Assembly (NCBI GenBank): GCA_038870455.1
Contig: JAWCPB010000018.1
Span: forward strand, 8,001 to 23,359
DNA length: 15,359 nt
Direction of reading: 5' to 3'
DNA from: Candidatus Micrarchaeia archaeon
Lineage (GTDB): Archaea > Micrarchaeota > Micrarchaeia > Burarchaeales > JACRGF01
The notes under the pieces are model-generated. The model saw only the letters and a program-made list of their open reading frames with translations, was not told the DNA's origin and did not search any database. Position numbers and translations under genes: made by a program. Numbering within the stretch: the first letter of the stretch is position 1; each line of letters starts with the position of its first letter. Below are positions 1 to 7,162 of the stretch, piece by piece.

Positions 1-4
1 CCTG

Positions 5-204
5 GAACTGGGGGAACCGTAGGTTCCCGCGGTTCGGAGGTATCGGAACCAACGATACAACCCTTTTGCCGGCGATCCGGCAAAAGCGTTGACGGAAAAG
101 TCATCGGTTGGTTCTGATGGAGGTATCGGAACCAACGATATGACGAGGAGCGAGCCTCGCGACAGCGAGGTGCGAGCGACGAAGTCATCGGTTGGTTCTG
201 ATGG
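5..204. repeat. Cluster of hairpin/inverted-repeat elements (two tandem ~84-bp units plus an upstream hairpin); REP/MITE-like
   Basis: GGAGGTATCGGAACCAACGATA occurs at 36-57 and 119-140; AAGTCATCGGTTGGTTCTGATGG occurs at 98-120 and 182-204. The two motifs are imperfect reverse complements. Internal hairpins: CTTTTGCCGG-cgat-CCGGCAAAAG (63-86) and CCTCGC-gaca-GCGAGG (155-170). Separate hairpin GGGAACC-gta-GGTTCCC (12-28). Confidence 0.85.
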
Positions 205-212
205 TGATGGCT

Positions 213-635
213 GTGAGGATACTCGTGGCTGGAAACCCGCTTGTTGCGCGCGACGCGCTTCCCATCAGCATTCTGCCCGAGCTCCGCAGAAAGCTTCCCG
301 AGATCGAGTTCGAGGAGCTGGATGTCGAGGATTTGGAGAGCGAGGGGAAACGGATTTTGGTCATCGACACAATCGATGGAATAAAGAAGCCGTGCGTGGT
401 GAGGGGAACCGCCCCCCTCCTCACGAAAAAAATCTATTCCCTGCACGATTTTGACCTTGGCATGCGCCTCAAACTTTTGAAGAAGATGGGCTTGCTTGAG
501 CGCGTGGTAATTTTCGGAGTGCCACCCAACTACCCAAAAAAACGCGCGCTAAACGAGCTCGCCTCTCTTATCAGAGCCACCTTACCCTCAGGAAGTGCGA
601 GGCGCACGACATGCACGGGTCGTAGGCGCGGATGA
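213..635 (+). CDS. Hydrogenase maturation protease (HycI/HybD-like, divergent)
   Basis: N-terminal ILVAGNPLVARD, middle ILVIDTIDG and YSLHDFDLG motifs, VVIFGVP; adjacent to a [NiFe] large subunit with a C-terminal extension. GTG at 213 has SD GGTGA at 203-207 (ATG 201/207 are alternatives). Confidence 0.75.
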   Translation: MRILVAGNPLVARDALPISILPELRRKLPEIEFEELDVEDLESEGKRILVIDTIDGIKKPCVVRGTAPLLTKKIYSLHDFDLGMRLKLLKKMGLLERVVIFGVPPNYPKKRALNELASLIRATLPSGSARRTTCTGRRRG

Positions 636-1863
636 GCACCTCGACCATGCGCTCGATCTCGGCCTTGCTGCGGCCCGCTGCCAGGTTGTCCTCCACGAGT
701 TTTTTTATGTCGAGCGCCATGCAGACCTGGTTCTGCTGTGTGGGAATGACGAGCGTGCCGTCCCTGATTTTTCCGTCAGCGCCAATTTTCAGGGAGTAGA
801 ACAGCGTCCCCCGGGGGGCTTCGATGGCGTCGGTGCCGATGCTTTCCTTCGCTTCTATTTTCGGCTGCGGCTCGGGCTTGAAGTCCGTGCCCTCCAGCAG
901 CTCTATGCTGTGGTCGATGGCGTGAATGACCTCAATGGCTTGGGCGAGGTTGTTGTAGCAAACGTTCTTCGAGGGAAATATTTTCAACCACTCGGCGCAG
1001 TCGCGTTTCGTGTCCGGGTGCAGCGCGTGCCTGTTCAGGTTCATCCTGGCCAGCGCACCCACCATGTAATCCCGCCCCTCGAACTCGAAGCCCGTGGCTT
1101 GCGAGTAGGGAATGACCACGCGGTAGAGGTGATCAAAGTAGTTCTCTTCTGGGATGCACGTGCCCAGCGAGGTGACGATCTCCACCCCGGAGTAGCTGAA
1201 GTCGTCCGCCCTAGTGCACACGAAGTTCGTTGTCCTCTCGAAAAAAATCGGCGGGCAGGCTGCGAAGAGCCCGAGAAAGCTCAACGCGTCGTCGCGAATG
1301 CCCCGCAGCTCGCTGACGATCGTTTTCGCTTCTTCCTTGCTCGGTACTTTTGAGAAGCCGCCGAGCTGCAGCGTCATGGCGTGCACGGCCCTGCCGGCGA
1401 TGAGCTTGCTCATGCGGTTGCCAACGCCCTTTATCCTGAAAGCCTTGCGCAGGTACTCCTCCTCCTTTTCCCCGCTGAAGTCGAGCACGCTGTCCCTCCC
1501 AACGATGTCCGGCAGCACGAAGAAGAAGAGGTGCATGGCGTGGTCGCGGATGTTCGCGCCGTACATGGCGAGTTTCCTGAGCGCCATCGTCTGCTCGCTG
1601 CGCTCAATGCCGAGCGCGTTCTCCACTGCGTGCGTGCAGCAGGTTAGGTGGGCTATCGAGCAAGTGCCGCATATCCTCGAGACGAGCTGGGGAATGTTGT
1701 TGAACGGCTTGCCCCGGATGGCCTGAGTGTAGAATCTCTTGTTCTCGCTTATCCTCAGGCGGACGTCTTCAACGCGCTTGTTCCTCACCCTGATGTCGAG
1801 GCCTGCGTGCCCCTCTATTTTCGAGATGCTCTCAAACGAGATGTCAAAGTCGTCCTCGTGCAT
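571..1863 (-). CDS. hydA: [NiFe]-hydrogenase large subunit, group 3 (3b-like, HydA/alpha)
   Basis: 430 aa; KIEGH, L1 RICGTCSIAH, GRAVH, VGALAR, EAPRG, L2 DPCMSCASH followed by a short cleavable tail FLRVRWL. Confidence 0.95.
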   Translation of the reverse strand: MHEDDFDISFESISKIEGHAGLDIRVRNKRVEDVRLRISENKRFYTQAIRGKPFNNIPQLVSRICGTCSIAHLTCCTHAVENALGIERSEQTMALRKLAMYGANIRDHAMHLFFFVLPDIVGRDSVLDFSGEKEEEYLRKAFRIKGVGNRMSKLIAGRAVHAMTLQLGGFSKVPSKEEAKTIVSELRGIRDDALSFLGLFAACPPIFFERTTNFVCTRADDFSYSGVEIVTSLGTCIPEENYFDHLYRVVIPYSQATGFEFEGRDYMVGALARMNLNRHALHPDTKRDCAEWLKIFPSKNVCYNNLAQAIEVIHAIDHSIELLEGTDFKPEPQPKIEAKESIGTDAIEAPRGTLFYSLKIGADGKIRDGTLVIPTQQNQVCMALDIKKLVEDNLAAGRSKAEIERMVEVLIRAYDPCMSCASHFLRVRWL

Positions 1864-2339
1864 CAGCCCACCCCGAACTCCTTGAAGTAGGATTCCATGA
1901 GCTGGGCGAACTTATCCTCGTCCACAGGACAGCCGGGAACCTGCGCATCGACCTTCACGAAGTCGCCGATGGCGTGCACCTTGTCGAGGTGGCCGAACCT
2001 CTCAAGAATGTTCTTTATCTCGGCAAGCCTCTCGGCGTCGAAGAAATTGCGGTGGTTGGAGGGCGCGCCCGTTATGGCGCACGAGCCGACGGCAACAATG
2101 CGCTTGGCCTTCTCTCTGATGGCCTTTATGCGTGCAAGCTCCCTCTCGTTGGCTATGGCGCCCTCGATGACGGCCACGTCCATATCCTGTAGCTCGCGCT
2201 CGGGCTTGAGAATCCTCCACTCGACAATGTCCATCTTGTCCCGCCACTCGGCGAACTTGTCGCTTATCTTCTCCAGAATGACTATCATGCAGCCCTCGTC
2301 GCCGGTGAACGAAAACAGGCCGACGCGCAGCTTCGGCAT
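1863..2339 (-). CDS. [NiFe]-hydrogenase small subunit, short single-cluster form (HydD/HoxY-like)
   Basis: 158 aa from ATG 2339 (MPKLRVGLFSFTGDEGC...DVAVIEGAI...VAVGSCA...VPGCP). TGATG stop/start overlap with the large subunit. TATA-like element about 20-27 nt upstream. Confidence 0.9.
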   Translation of the reverse strand: MPKLRVGLFSFTGDEGCMIVILEKISDKFAEWRDKMDIVEWRILKPERELQDMDVAVIEGAIANERELARIKAIREKAKRIVAVGSCAITGAPSNHRNFFDAERLAEIKNILERFGHLDKVHAIGDFVKVDAQVPGCPVDEDKFAQLMESYFKEFGVG

Positions 2340-2351
2340 GGCCTGCTTACT

Positions 2352-2369
2352 GATTTTATATTTAAATAG
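2352..2369. promoter_or_regulatory. Bidirectional archaeal TATA element between hydrogenase and copper operons
   Basis: AT island GATTTTATATTTAAATAG in GC-rich DNA, about 20-28 nt from ATG 2339 (-) and ATG 2383 (+); fits leaderless transcripts in both directions. Confidence 0.65.
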
Positions 2370-2382
2370 CCATAAGCCCCGC

Positions 2383-2493
2383 ATGGATCCGATTGTGGCG
2401 GCGAGCGCGCTGGCCGCCGGCCTTGTGCTGTCGGCCGCATCCGCGGCCATTGCCGCGGGCGTGTTTGCAGAAGCGTACAACAGGCTTGCCTGA
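2383..2493 (+). CDS. Putative 36-aa hydrophobic micro-protein (single TM)
   Basis: MDPIVAASALAAGLVLSAASAAIAAGVFAEAYNRLA; starts at leaderless distance from the TATA element; its stop TGA overlaps the GGAG SD of the next gene. Confidence 0.55.
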   Translation: MDPIVAASALAAGLVLSAASAAIAAGVFAEAYNRLA

Positions 2494-2502
2494 GGAGATG
2501 GC

Positions 2503-2742
2503 ATGGGTTATTTCTCTTTTTTGCTTGAGCGCATTCGCTCCAACCACGCGCTTCTCATGGTAATCTGCTGCTCGGTGCCGCTCGTTCTGCTGGCCGGGTT
2601 TTACGCGCTCGGGCTTCAGAACAACCCCCTGCTCTACTGGCTGGCGGTGCTCTCGTGCCCGGTCTCCCACCTCCTGCTTCACTGGGGGCACGAACAAGGA
2701 AAAAAGACCGGAGAGGAAAAGGAGAAAAAGGTGTGCCACTAA
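2503..2742 (+). CDS. Small two-TM Cys/His membrane protein, DUF2933-like (copper-locus associated)
   Basis: HALLMVICC...LSCPVSHLLLHWGH and C-terminal CH; the CPxxHxxxHxGH pattern is typical of DUF2933-like proteins near CopA; SD GGAG upstream. Confidence 0.75.
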   Translation: MGYFSFLLERIRSNHALLMVICCSVPLVLLAGFYALGLQNNPLLYWLAVLSCPVSHLLLHWGHEQGKKTGEEKEKKVCH

Positions 2743-2763
2743 AAGAGGGCGGAAAGTGAGGGA

Positions 2764-2856
2764 ATGAGCGAGCTGCACAAGGACCTGCTGTACGCGGCGC
2801 TGTTCATCATCGCTTTCGTGGTGATGATGAGGATAATGCATCCTGGAATTTCTTGA
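2764..2856 (+). CDS. Putative 30-aa single-TM micro-protein
   Basis: MSELHKDLLYAALFIIAFVVMMRIMHPGIS; purine-rich GTGAGGGA upstream; fills the gap in the operon; its stop overlaps the GAGGTG SD of copZ. Confidence 0.6.
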   Translation: MSELHKDLLYAALFIIAFVVMMRIMHPGIS

Positions 2857-2864
2857 GGTGCACC

Positions 2865-3089
2865 GTGGCAAAGGCCGAAACAGCTAAACTGACTCTCTTC
2901 ATTCAGGGAATGGACTGCGCCGAATGCAGCGTGCAGATAGAGGAGTTCCTGAAGGAGATGAAGGGAGTGGCGTCTGCGAGCGTGAATTACGTGACGAACA
3001 AGGCGGTCGTGGAGTTCGACCCGAGGAAGACTAACCCGCAGGCGATAATGGCGAGAATACGCGAGCTCGGCTACGCCGTGCGCTGGTGA
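2865..3089 (+). CDS. copZ: Heavy-metal-associated (HMA) copper chaperone
   Basis: GMDCAEC metal-binding motif, HMA fold pattern ending LGY; GTG start at 2865 with SD GAGGTG. Confidence 0.9.
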   Translation: MAKAETAKLTLFIQGMDCAECSVQIEEFLKEMKGVASASVNYVTNKAVVEFDPRKTNPQAIMARIRELGYAVRW

Positions 3090-3093
3090 GTGG

Positions 3094-5496
3094 TTGGCCG
3101 GAACGCAGCGCATTTCCCTCCGCGTCATCGGCATGAACTCCCTGCACTGCGCTGGAATCATCGAGCGCGCGCTCAGAAAGCTGCCGGGCGTGCGCGGGAT
3201 AAAAATCAATTTTTCGATAGAGCGGGCGGACATCGATTACGACCCCGCCCTGGTTTCCTTTGAAGACTTCAAGCGCGCCGTGGTCAATGCCGGCTATGAC
3301 GCCGAGAGGTGGGCCGAGGAGGCCGGCGTGGACAGACAGAGGGAGGCGCAGGAGAGGGAGATAGCCGATTACAGGAACAGGTTTCTCATCACGCTGTTCT
3401 TCAGCGTTCCCCTGCTCGCGCTGTTCCTGGCGGCCTACGGCCTTCTTCCGCTTCCGGGAGTTATCCGGGAAAACGCCCGCCTCATCAGCTTCTTCCTCGC
3501 AACGCCGGTCATCCTCGCCACGCGCGACATATTCATCCGCGGCTTCCGCGCTGTCATCTACAACCGCACGCCGAACATGGACAGCCTCGTGGCGATTGGC
3601 GTGGGCGCGGCGTACGCGTACAGCGTCGGGATAACCTTCGGCCTTCTTCCCGGCGAGGTGTATTACGAGGTGGCCGGCATCATCCTGTCATTCATCCTTC
3701 TCGGAAAGTGGCTTGAGGCGGTTGCGAAAGGGAGGACGAGCGAGGCCATAAAGAAGCTCATAGGCCTGCAGCCAAAAACCGCGAGGGTGATAAGGGGAGG
3801 GAAGGAGGTTGAAGTGCCCGTCGCTGAAGTGGTTGTTGGCGACATCGTGGTCATCAGGCCTGGCGAGAAGATTCCTGTTGACGGCGTTGTCATCGAGGGC
3901 GAGTCTGCCGTGGATGAGAAGATGATTTCCGGAGAGCCCATTCCGGTCATGAAGAGGGTGGGGAGCACTGTGATCGGGGCAACGATAAACAAGCACGGTA
4001 CTTTCAGGTTCCGCGCGACAAAAGTCGGCAAGGACACCATGCTCGCCCAGATAATACGCCTGGTGGAGGAGGCACAGGGCTCAAAGGCGCCCATCCAGGA
4101 GCTCGTGGACAGGATAAGCGCGTACTTTGTGCCACTCGTTGTGGTGGTGGCGGTCACCGCCTTCCTCTATTGGTATCTCATCGCTGGCGCCACTTTCATC
4201 TTTGCCCTGACGATTTTCATCACCGTGCTCATCATCGCCTGCCCGTGCGCGCTCGGGCTCGCCACGCCGACGGCCATCATGGTGAGCACGGGCCTCGGCG
4301 CGGAGAACGGCATACTGTTCAAGAGCGCAAGGGCAATCCAGACCACGCAAAAGATAGATGTGGTTGTTTTCGACAAGACCGGAACGCTGACCAAAGGGGA
4401 GCCGAGCGTGACGGACGTGGTGCCGCTCGGCATGCCGGCAGAGCGTCTTCTGGCGCTCGCGGCAGCAGTAGAAAAGGGCTCGGAGCACCCGCTCGGGGAG
4501 GCCATCGTGAGGGGAGCCGCGGAGAGACGGCTGCGCGTGCCGAGAGCGAGCGGGTTCAAGGCGATACCCGGGGAGGGGGTGAGGGCGAGCGTTGGCGGGA
4601 AAACGGTTCTGGTTGGAAACAGGAGGCTCATGAAGAAAGGCGGGCTGCGCACCGAAGAAATCGAGATGAGGCTGCGGGCGCTTGAGAGCGAGGGAAAGAC
4701 TGCTGTGGTTGTCGCGGTTGGGAGGCGGGTTGCTGGCGTGATTGCCGTGGCGGACACGCTCAAGGAATTCAGCCGCGAGGCGGTGGCGGAGCTGCACCGC
4801 ATGGGCCTCGAGGTCGGCATGATAACGGGCGACAACGCGCGCACGGCGAACGCCATAGGTCGGCTCGTGGGCATCGACAGGGTGCTCGCCGAGGTGCTGC
4901 CAGAGGAGAAGGAGAAGGAAATCGGGAAGCTGCAGGCTGGGGGAAAAGTCGTTGCGATGGTTGGCGACGGGATAAACGACGCGCCCGCGCTGGCCCAGAG
5001 CGACGTCGGCATAGCCATAGGAAGCGGAACGGACGTGGCCATAGAAACGGGCGATGTCGTGCTCGTCAAGGACGACCTGCGCGATGTCGTGACGGCCATC
5101 CACCTCAGCAGGTACGCCATGCGCAAGATAAAGGAAAACCTCTTCTGGGCTTTCATCTACAACACGGTCGGCGTTCCGCTCGCGGCGGGGATATTGTATC
5201 CCTCGTTTGGAATACTCGTCAATCCGGTCATCGCGGGCGCGGCCATGGCGCTCAGCTCTGTGTCCGTGGCCGCGAACGCCAACCTCATGAAGTTCTACAA
5301 GCCCCCGCTCAAGAGCCTCATGAGGGCGGAGCGGGTGCTTGAGGTGAAAAAGAGGGGAGGTGTTGGCATGGCGAAGGACCCTGTGTGCGGAATGGAAGTG
5401 AACCCGGCTACGGCGAAGTTCAAGCTCGAGCGAGGCGGAACGACATACTACTTCTGCTCGCGCGAGTGCTTCGAGAAATTCAAGAAGAGAAAGTGA
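3094..5496 (+). CDS. copA: Cu(I)-translocating P1B-1 ATPase with N-terminal HMA and C-terminal YHS/TRASH domain
   Basis: CPC in TM, DKTGT, SEHP, TGDN, GDGIND, YN and MALSS signatures; N-terminal GMNSLHC; C-terminal DPVCGM...YYFCSREC. Confidence 0.97.
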   Translation: MAGTQRISLRVIGMNSLHCAGIIERALRKLPGVRGIKINFSIERADIDYDPALVSFEDFKRAVVNAGYDAERWAEEAGVDRQREAQEREIADYRNRFLITLFFSVPLLALFLAAYGLLPLPGVIRENARLISFFLATPVILATRDIFIRGFRAVIYNRTPNMDSLVAIGVGAAYAYSVGITFGLLPGEVYYEVAGIILSFILLGKWLEAVAKGRTSEAIKKLIGLQPKTARVIRGGKEVEVPVAEVVVGDIVVIRPGEKIPVDGVVIEGESAVDEKMISGEPIPVMKRVGSTVIGATINKHGTFRFRATKVGKDTMLAQIIRLVEEAQGSKAPIQELVDRISAYFVPLVVVVAVTAFLYWYLIAGATFIFALTIFITVLIIACPCALGLATPTAIMVSTGLGAENGILFKSARAIQTTQKIDVVVFDKTGTLTKGEPSVTDVVPLGMPAERLLALAAAVEKGSEHPLGEAIVRGAAERRLRVPRASGFKAIPGEGVRASVGGKTVLVGNRRLMKKGGLRTEEIEMRLRALESEGKTAVVVAVGRRVAGVIAVADTLKEFSREAVAELHRMGLEVGMITGDNARTANAIGRLVGIDRVLAEVLPEEKEKEIGKLQAGGKVVAMVGDGINDAPALAQSDVGIAIGSGTDVAIETGDVVLVKDDLRDVVTAIHLSRYAMRKIKENLFWAFIYNTVGVPLAAGILYPSFGILVNPVIAGAAMALSSVSVAANANLMKFYKPPLKSLMRAERVLEVKKRGGVGMAKDPVCGMEVNPATAKFKLERGGTTYYFCSRECFEKFKKRK

Positions 5497-5499
5497 GAG

Positions 5500-5610
5500 T
5501 TGGCCGAGCGGAGGCGCTGCGAGGTCTGCGGGGTGAGCGGGGCGCTCGTCGAGTGCGGCTCGTGCCACCGTGTGATTTGCGGCGCGGGGGGAGAAAGTGA
5601 ATGGGCATGA
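5500..5610 (+). CDS. Putative 36-aa Cys-rich zinc-finger-like micro-protein (possibly truncated)
   Basis: TTG start 3 nt after the copA stop; MAERRRCEVCGVSGALVECGSCHRVICGAGGESEWA with CxxC-x8-CxxC-x4-C. Not in the supplied ORF track (too short). Confidence 0.55.
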   Translation: MAERRRCEVCGVSGALVECGSCHRVICGAGGESEWA

Positions 5611-6196
5611 AATCCTTTTCTGGCTCGTGTTCGTCGCAAACCTTGCGGGCGCGGGCTGGGGCTTCATTTATTTCTATGGCGATCAGCTGGCCGCCACGCC
5701 ATTCTGGCTTTGGCCCTTCGTGCCGGACTGCCCGCTTTACGCGCTGCTTTTTGCGATTGGAATGCTGGTGGCCAGGACGATGAGGGGAGTGCTCGCCGAC
5801 TTTTTCCTTTTTTTCACTTTCGCGGGCTCGCTCAAGTATGGCTTCTGGACTGTTTTCGTTCTCACCGCTTTTGCGCCGTGGTACTTCGCCCCACAGACCG
5901 CGGTGATGTACGCGGTGCTGTTCGTCTCGCACGTCGGCCTTTTCGGCGAGGCGCTGCTGCTCCTGCCCGGGCTGTTCCGCGTGAGGGCGTGGTTCCTGCC
6001 TGCCGTGCTGGGCTGGTTCCTGCTGCACGACTACAGCGACTACTTCCTCAACACGCACCCGCCGCTTCCGCACGAGGCGCTGGGCTTCGTGCTGGTCGTG
6101 ACGGTTGGGATGAGCGTTGCGTTTGCTCTCGCGGCGCACGCCATCGCGAAGGAAGCAAAACGGCCGGCCCTCCCGCTTCTTCGCACAAAGAAATAA
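5597..6196 (+). CDS. DUF1405 (YpjA-like) multi-pass membrane protein
   Basis: ANLAG...GFIYFYGDQL...WPFVPDCP...LKYGFWT...SHVG..E...DYSDY....HP pattern; about 6 hydrophobic segments. Confidence 0.85.
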   Translation: MNGHEILFWLVFVANLAGAGWGFIYFYGDQLAATPFWLWPFVPDCPLYALLFAIGMLVARTMRGVLADFFLFFTFAGSLKYGFWTVFVLTAFAPWYFAPQTAVMYAVLFVSHVGLFGEALLLLPGLFRVRAWFLPAVLGWFLLHDYSDYFLNTHPPLPHEALGFVLVVTVGMSVAFALAAHAIAKEAKRPALPLLRTKK

Positions 6197-6220
6197 AAAG
6201 GGGGAGGAAGAGAGGGGGGC

Positions 6221-6670
6221 GTGGCGGCTGAAGAGGAGATAAGAAAGTTCAAGCTGCTGGGAACGGCGAGCGCGCTGGTCGCGATTCTCGCGCTCATCGC
6301 CGCGCTGTGGCTGCAGATGCAGAACTCCTCGCTGTCGGCGAGCATCGCGCGGCTCGAGAGCGAGAAGGGCGCGCTGGCAAGCCAAAACGCGGCGCTGCAG
6401 GCGCAGCTCGATGAGGCCAGGGCTTCGGCGGGCGCCTGCGCGGGCGCCTCGCGGCTCACCGCCCTCCTGCCGCTGCTCATGCAGAGCGGCATGCTGGGAA
6501 ACATGACTGGGGTGCCAGGCCTGCCGGGCGGAGTGCTGCCGGGAATCGCTGGGCTTCCGCTCGGAGCCGGAAACCTGACCGGAATGCCTGGGCTCACTCC
6601 CGAAATGATGCAGAGTATTCTCGAGGCCATGCGCAACGCCACGAACCGGTCCGCCACGCAGTATCCTTGA
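6221..6670 (+). CDS. Hypothetical membrane-anchored coiled-coil protein with Gly/Pro/Leu/Met-rich C-terminus
   Basis: N-terminal TM helix, heptad segment SIARLESEKGALASQNAALQAQLDEA, low-complexity GxPGL repeats, five NxS/T sequons; purine-rich SD upstream. Confidence 0.75.
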   Translation: MAAEEEIRKFKLLGTASALVAILALIAALWLQMQNSSLSASIARLESEKGALASQNAALQAQLDEARASAGACAGASRLTALLPLLMQSGMLGNMTGVPGLPGGVLPGIAGLPLGAGNLTGMPGLTPEMMQSILEAMRNATNRSATQYP

Positions 6671-6671
6671 T

Positions 6672-7162
6672 TCAGCCGTTCAGTGCAATGATCTTGTCGG
6701 CGAAGGGATACAGCTCCTTTGCGTGCTCGTCCTCACGGCTGAGCAGGAAAAACCATTTTCGAGCCGGCTCCCCTTGCCTTCGCCACCAGGTCGAAGAGAA
6801 AGCGCATCACCGAGTTGTATTCGGCGTGGATGAACAGCAGCGAGACCGACTCGAGCAGCGCTGCACTTCTGCCCGAGCGCGGTCGAGAAGGTGATGCCGA
6901 GATCGGACAGGTTGCCCGGCGAATCGACCCCCACACCGAGCCCATTCGGAACTTCCCCGACTGCTATGAAGAAGTAGTCGCCCCCGCGCCCCAGCTTCTT
7001 CGCTATGGCAGAGTAAGGACGGGAGAGAAGGAGAATGCACGTCCTGCCGCCGCCCCTGCCGAGCTGGCCGAGCACGCTGACCAGCGAGGCGGCGTAGTTC
7101 TCGGGCGCGACCTTGACGAGCAGGACGTCGTTCTCCCTGAGCTCTTCGGAAACCGACGTCAC
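6672..7162 (-). pseudogene. Inactive RecA/KaiC-fold protein (DUF7504/DUF835-like), split by two frameshifts
   Basis: Stitching three frames gives VTSVSEELREND...SPGNLSDLGITFSTALGQK / LLESVSLLFIHAEYNSVMRFLFDLVAKARGAGSKMV / FLLSREDEHAKELYPFADKIIALNG*. Shifts at ~6859-6870 and in the A5 run at 6748-6752. No Walker A motif. GTG start overlaps the upstream TAG. Confidence 0.7.

Noticed and set aside
36-204. Possible CRISPR array (repeat with ~40-nt spacers)
   Set aside because: Only one full 43-nt repeat plus two half copies; the spacers are themselves palindromic; no CRISPR-type repeat terminus or adjacent cas genes. Reported as a hairpin repeat instead.
89-454. 121-aa + strand ORF and 79-aa - strand ORF
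   Set aside because: They translate the repeat DNA and alternative frames of the protease gene; no coding signal.
2340-2504. 55-aa N-terminal extension of the hydrogenase small subunit in the ORF track
   Set aside because: Runs across the TATA element and antisense to the + strand micro-ORF; homology starts at Met 2339.
3922-3945. SGEP instead of TGES in the CopA actuator domain
   Set aside because: TGEP/SGEP variants are normal in Cu-ATPases.
4081-5667. 528-aa and 329-aa ORFs on the - strand
   Set aside because: Antisense shadows of copA with biased composition and no domain signal.
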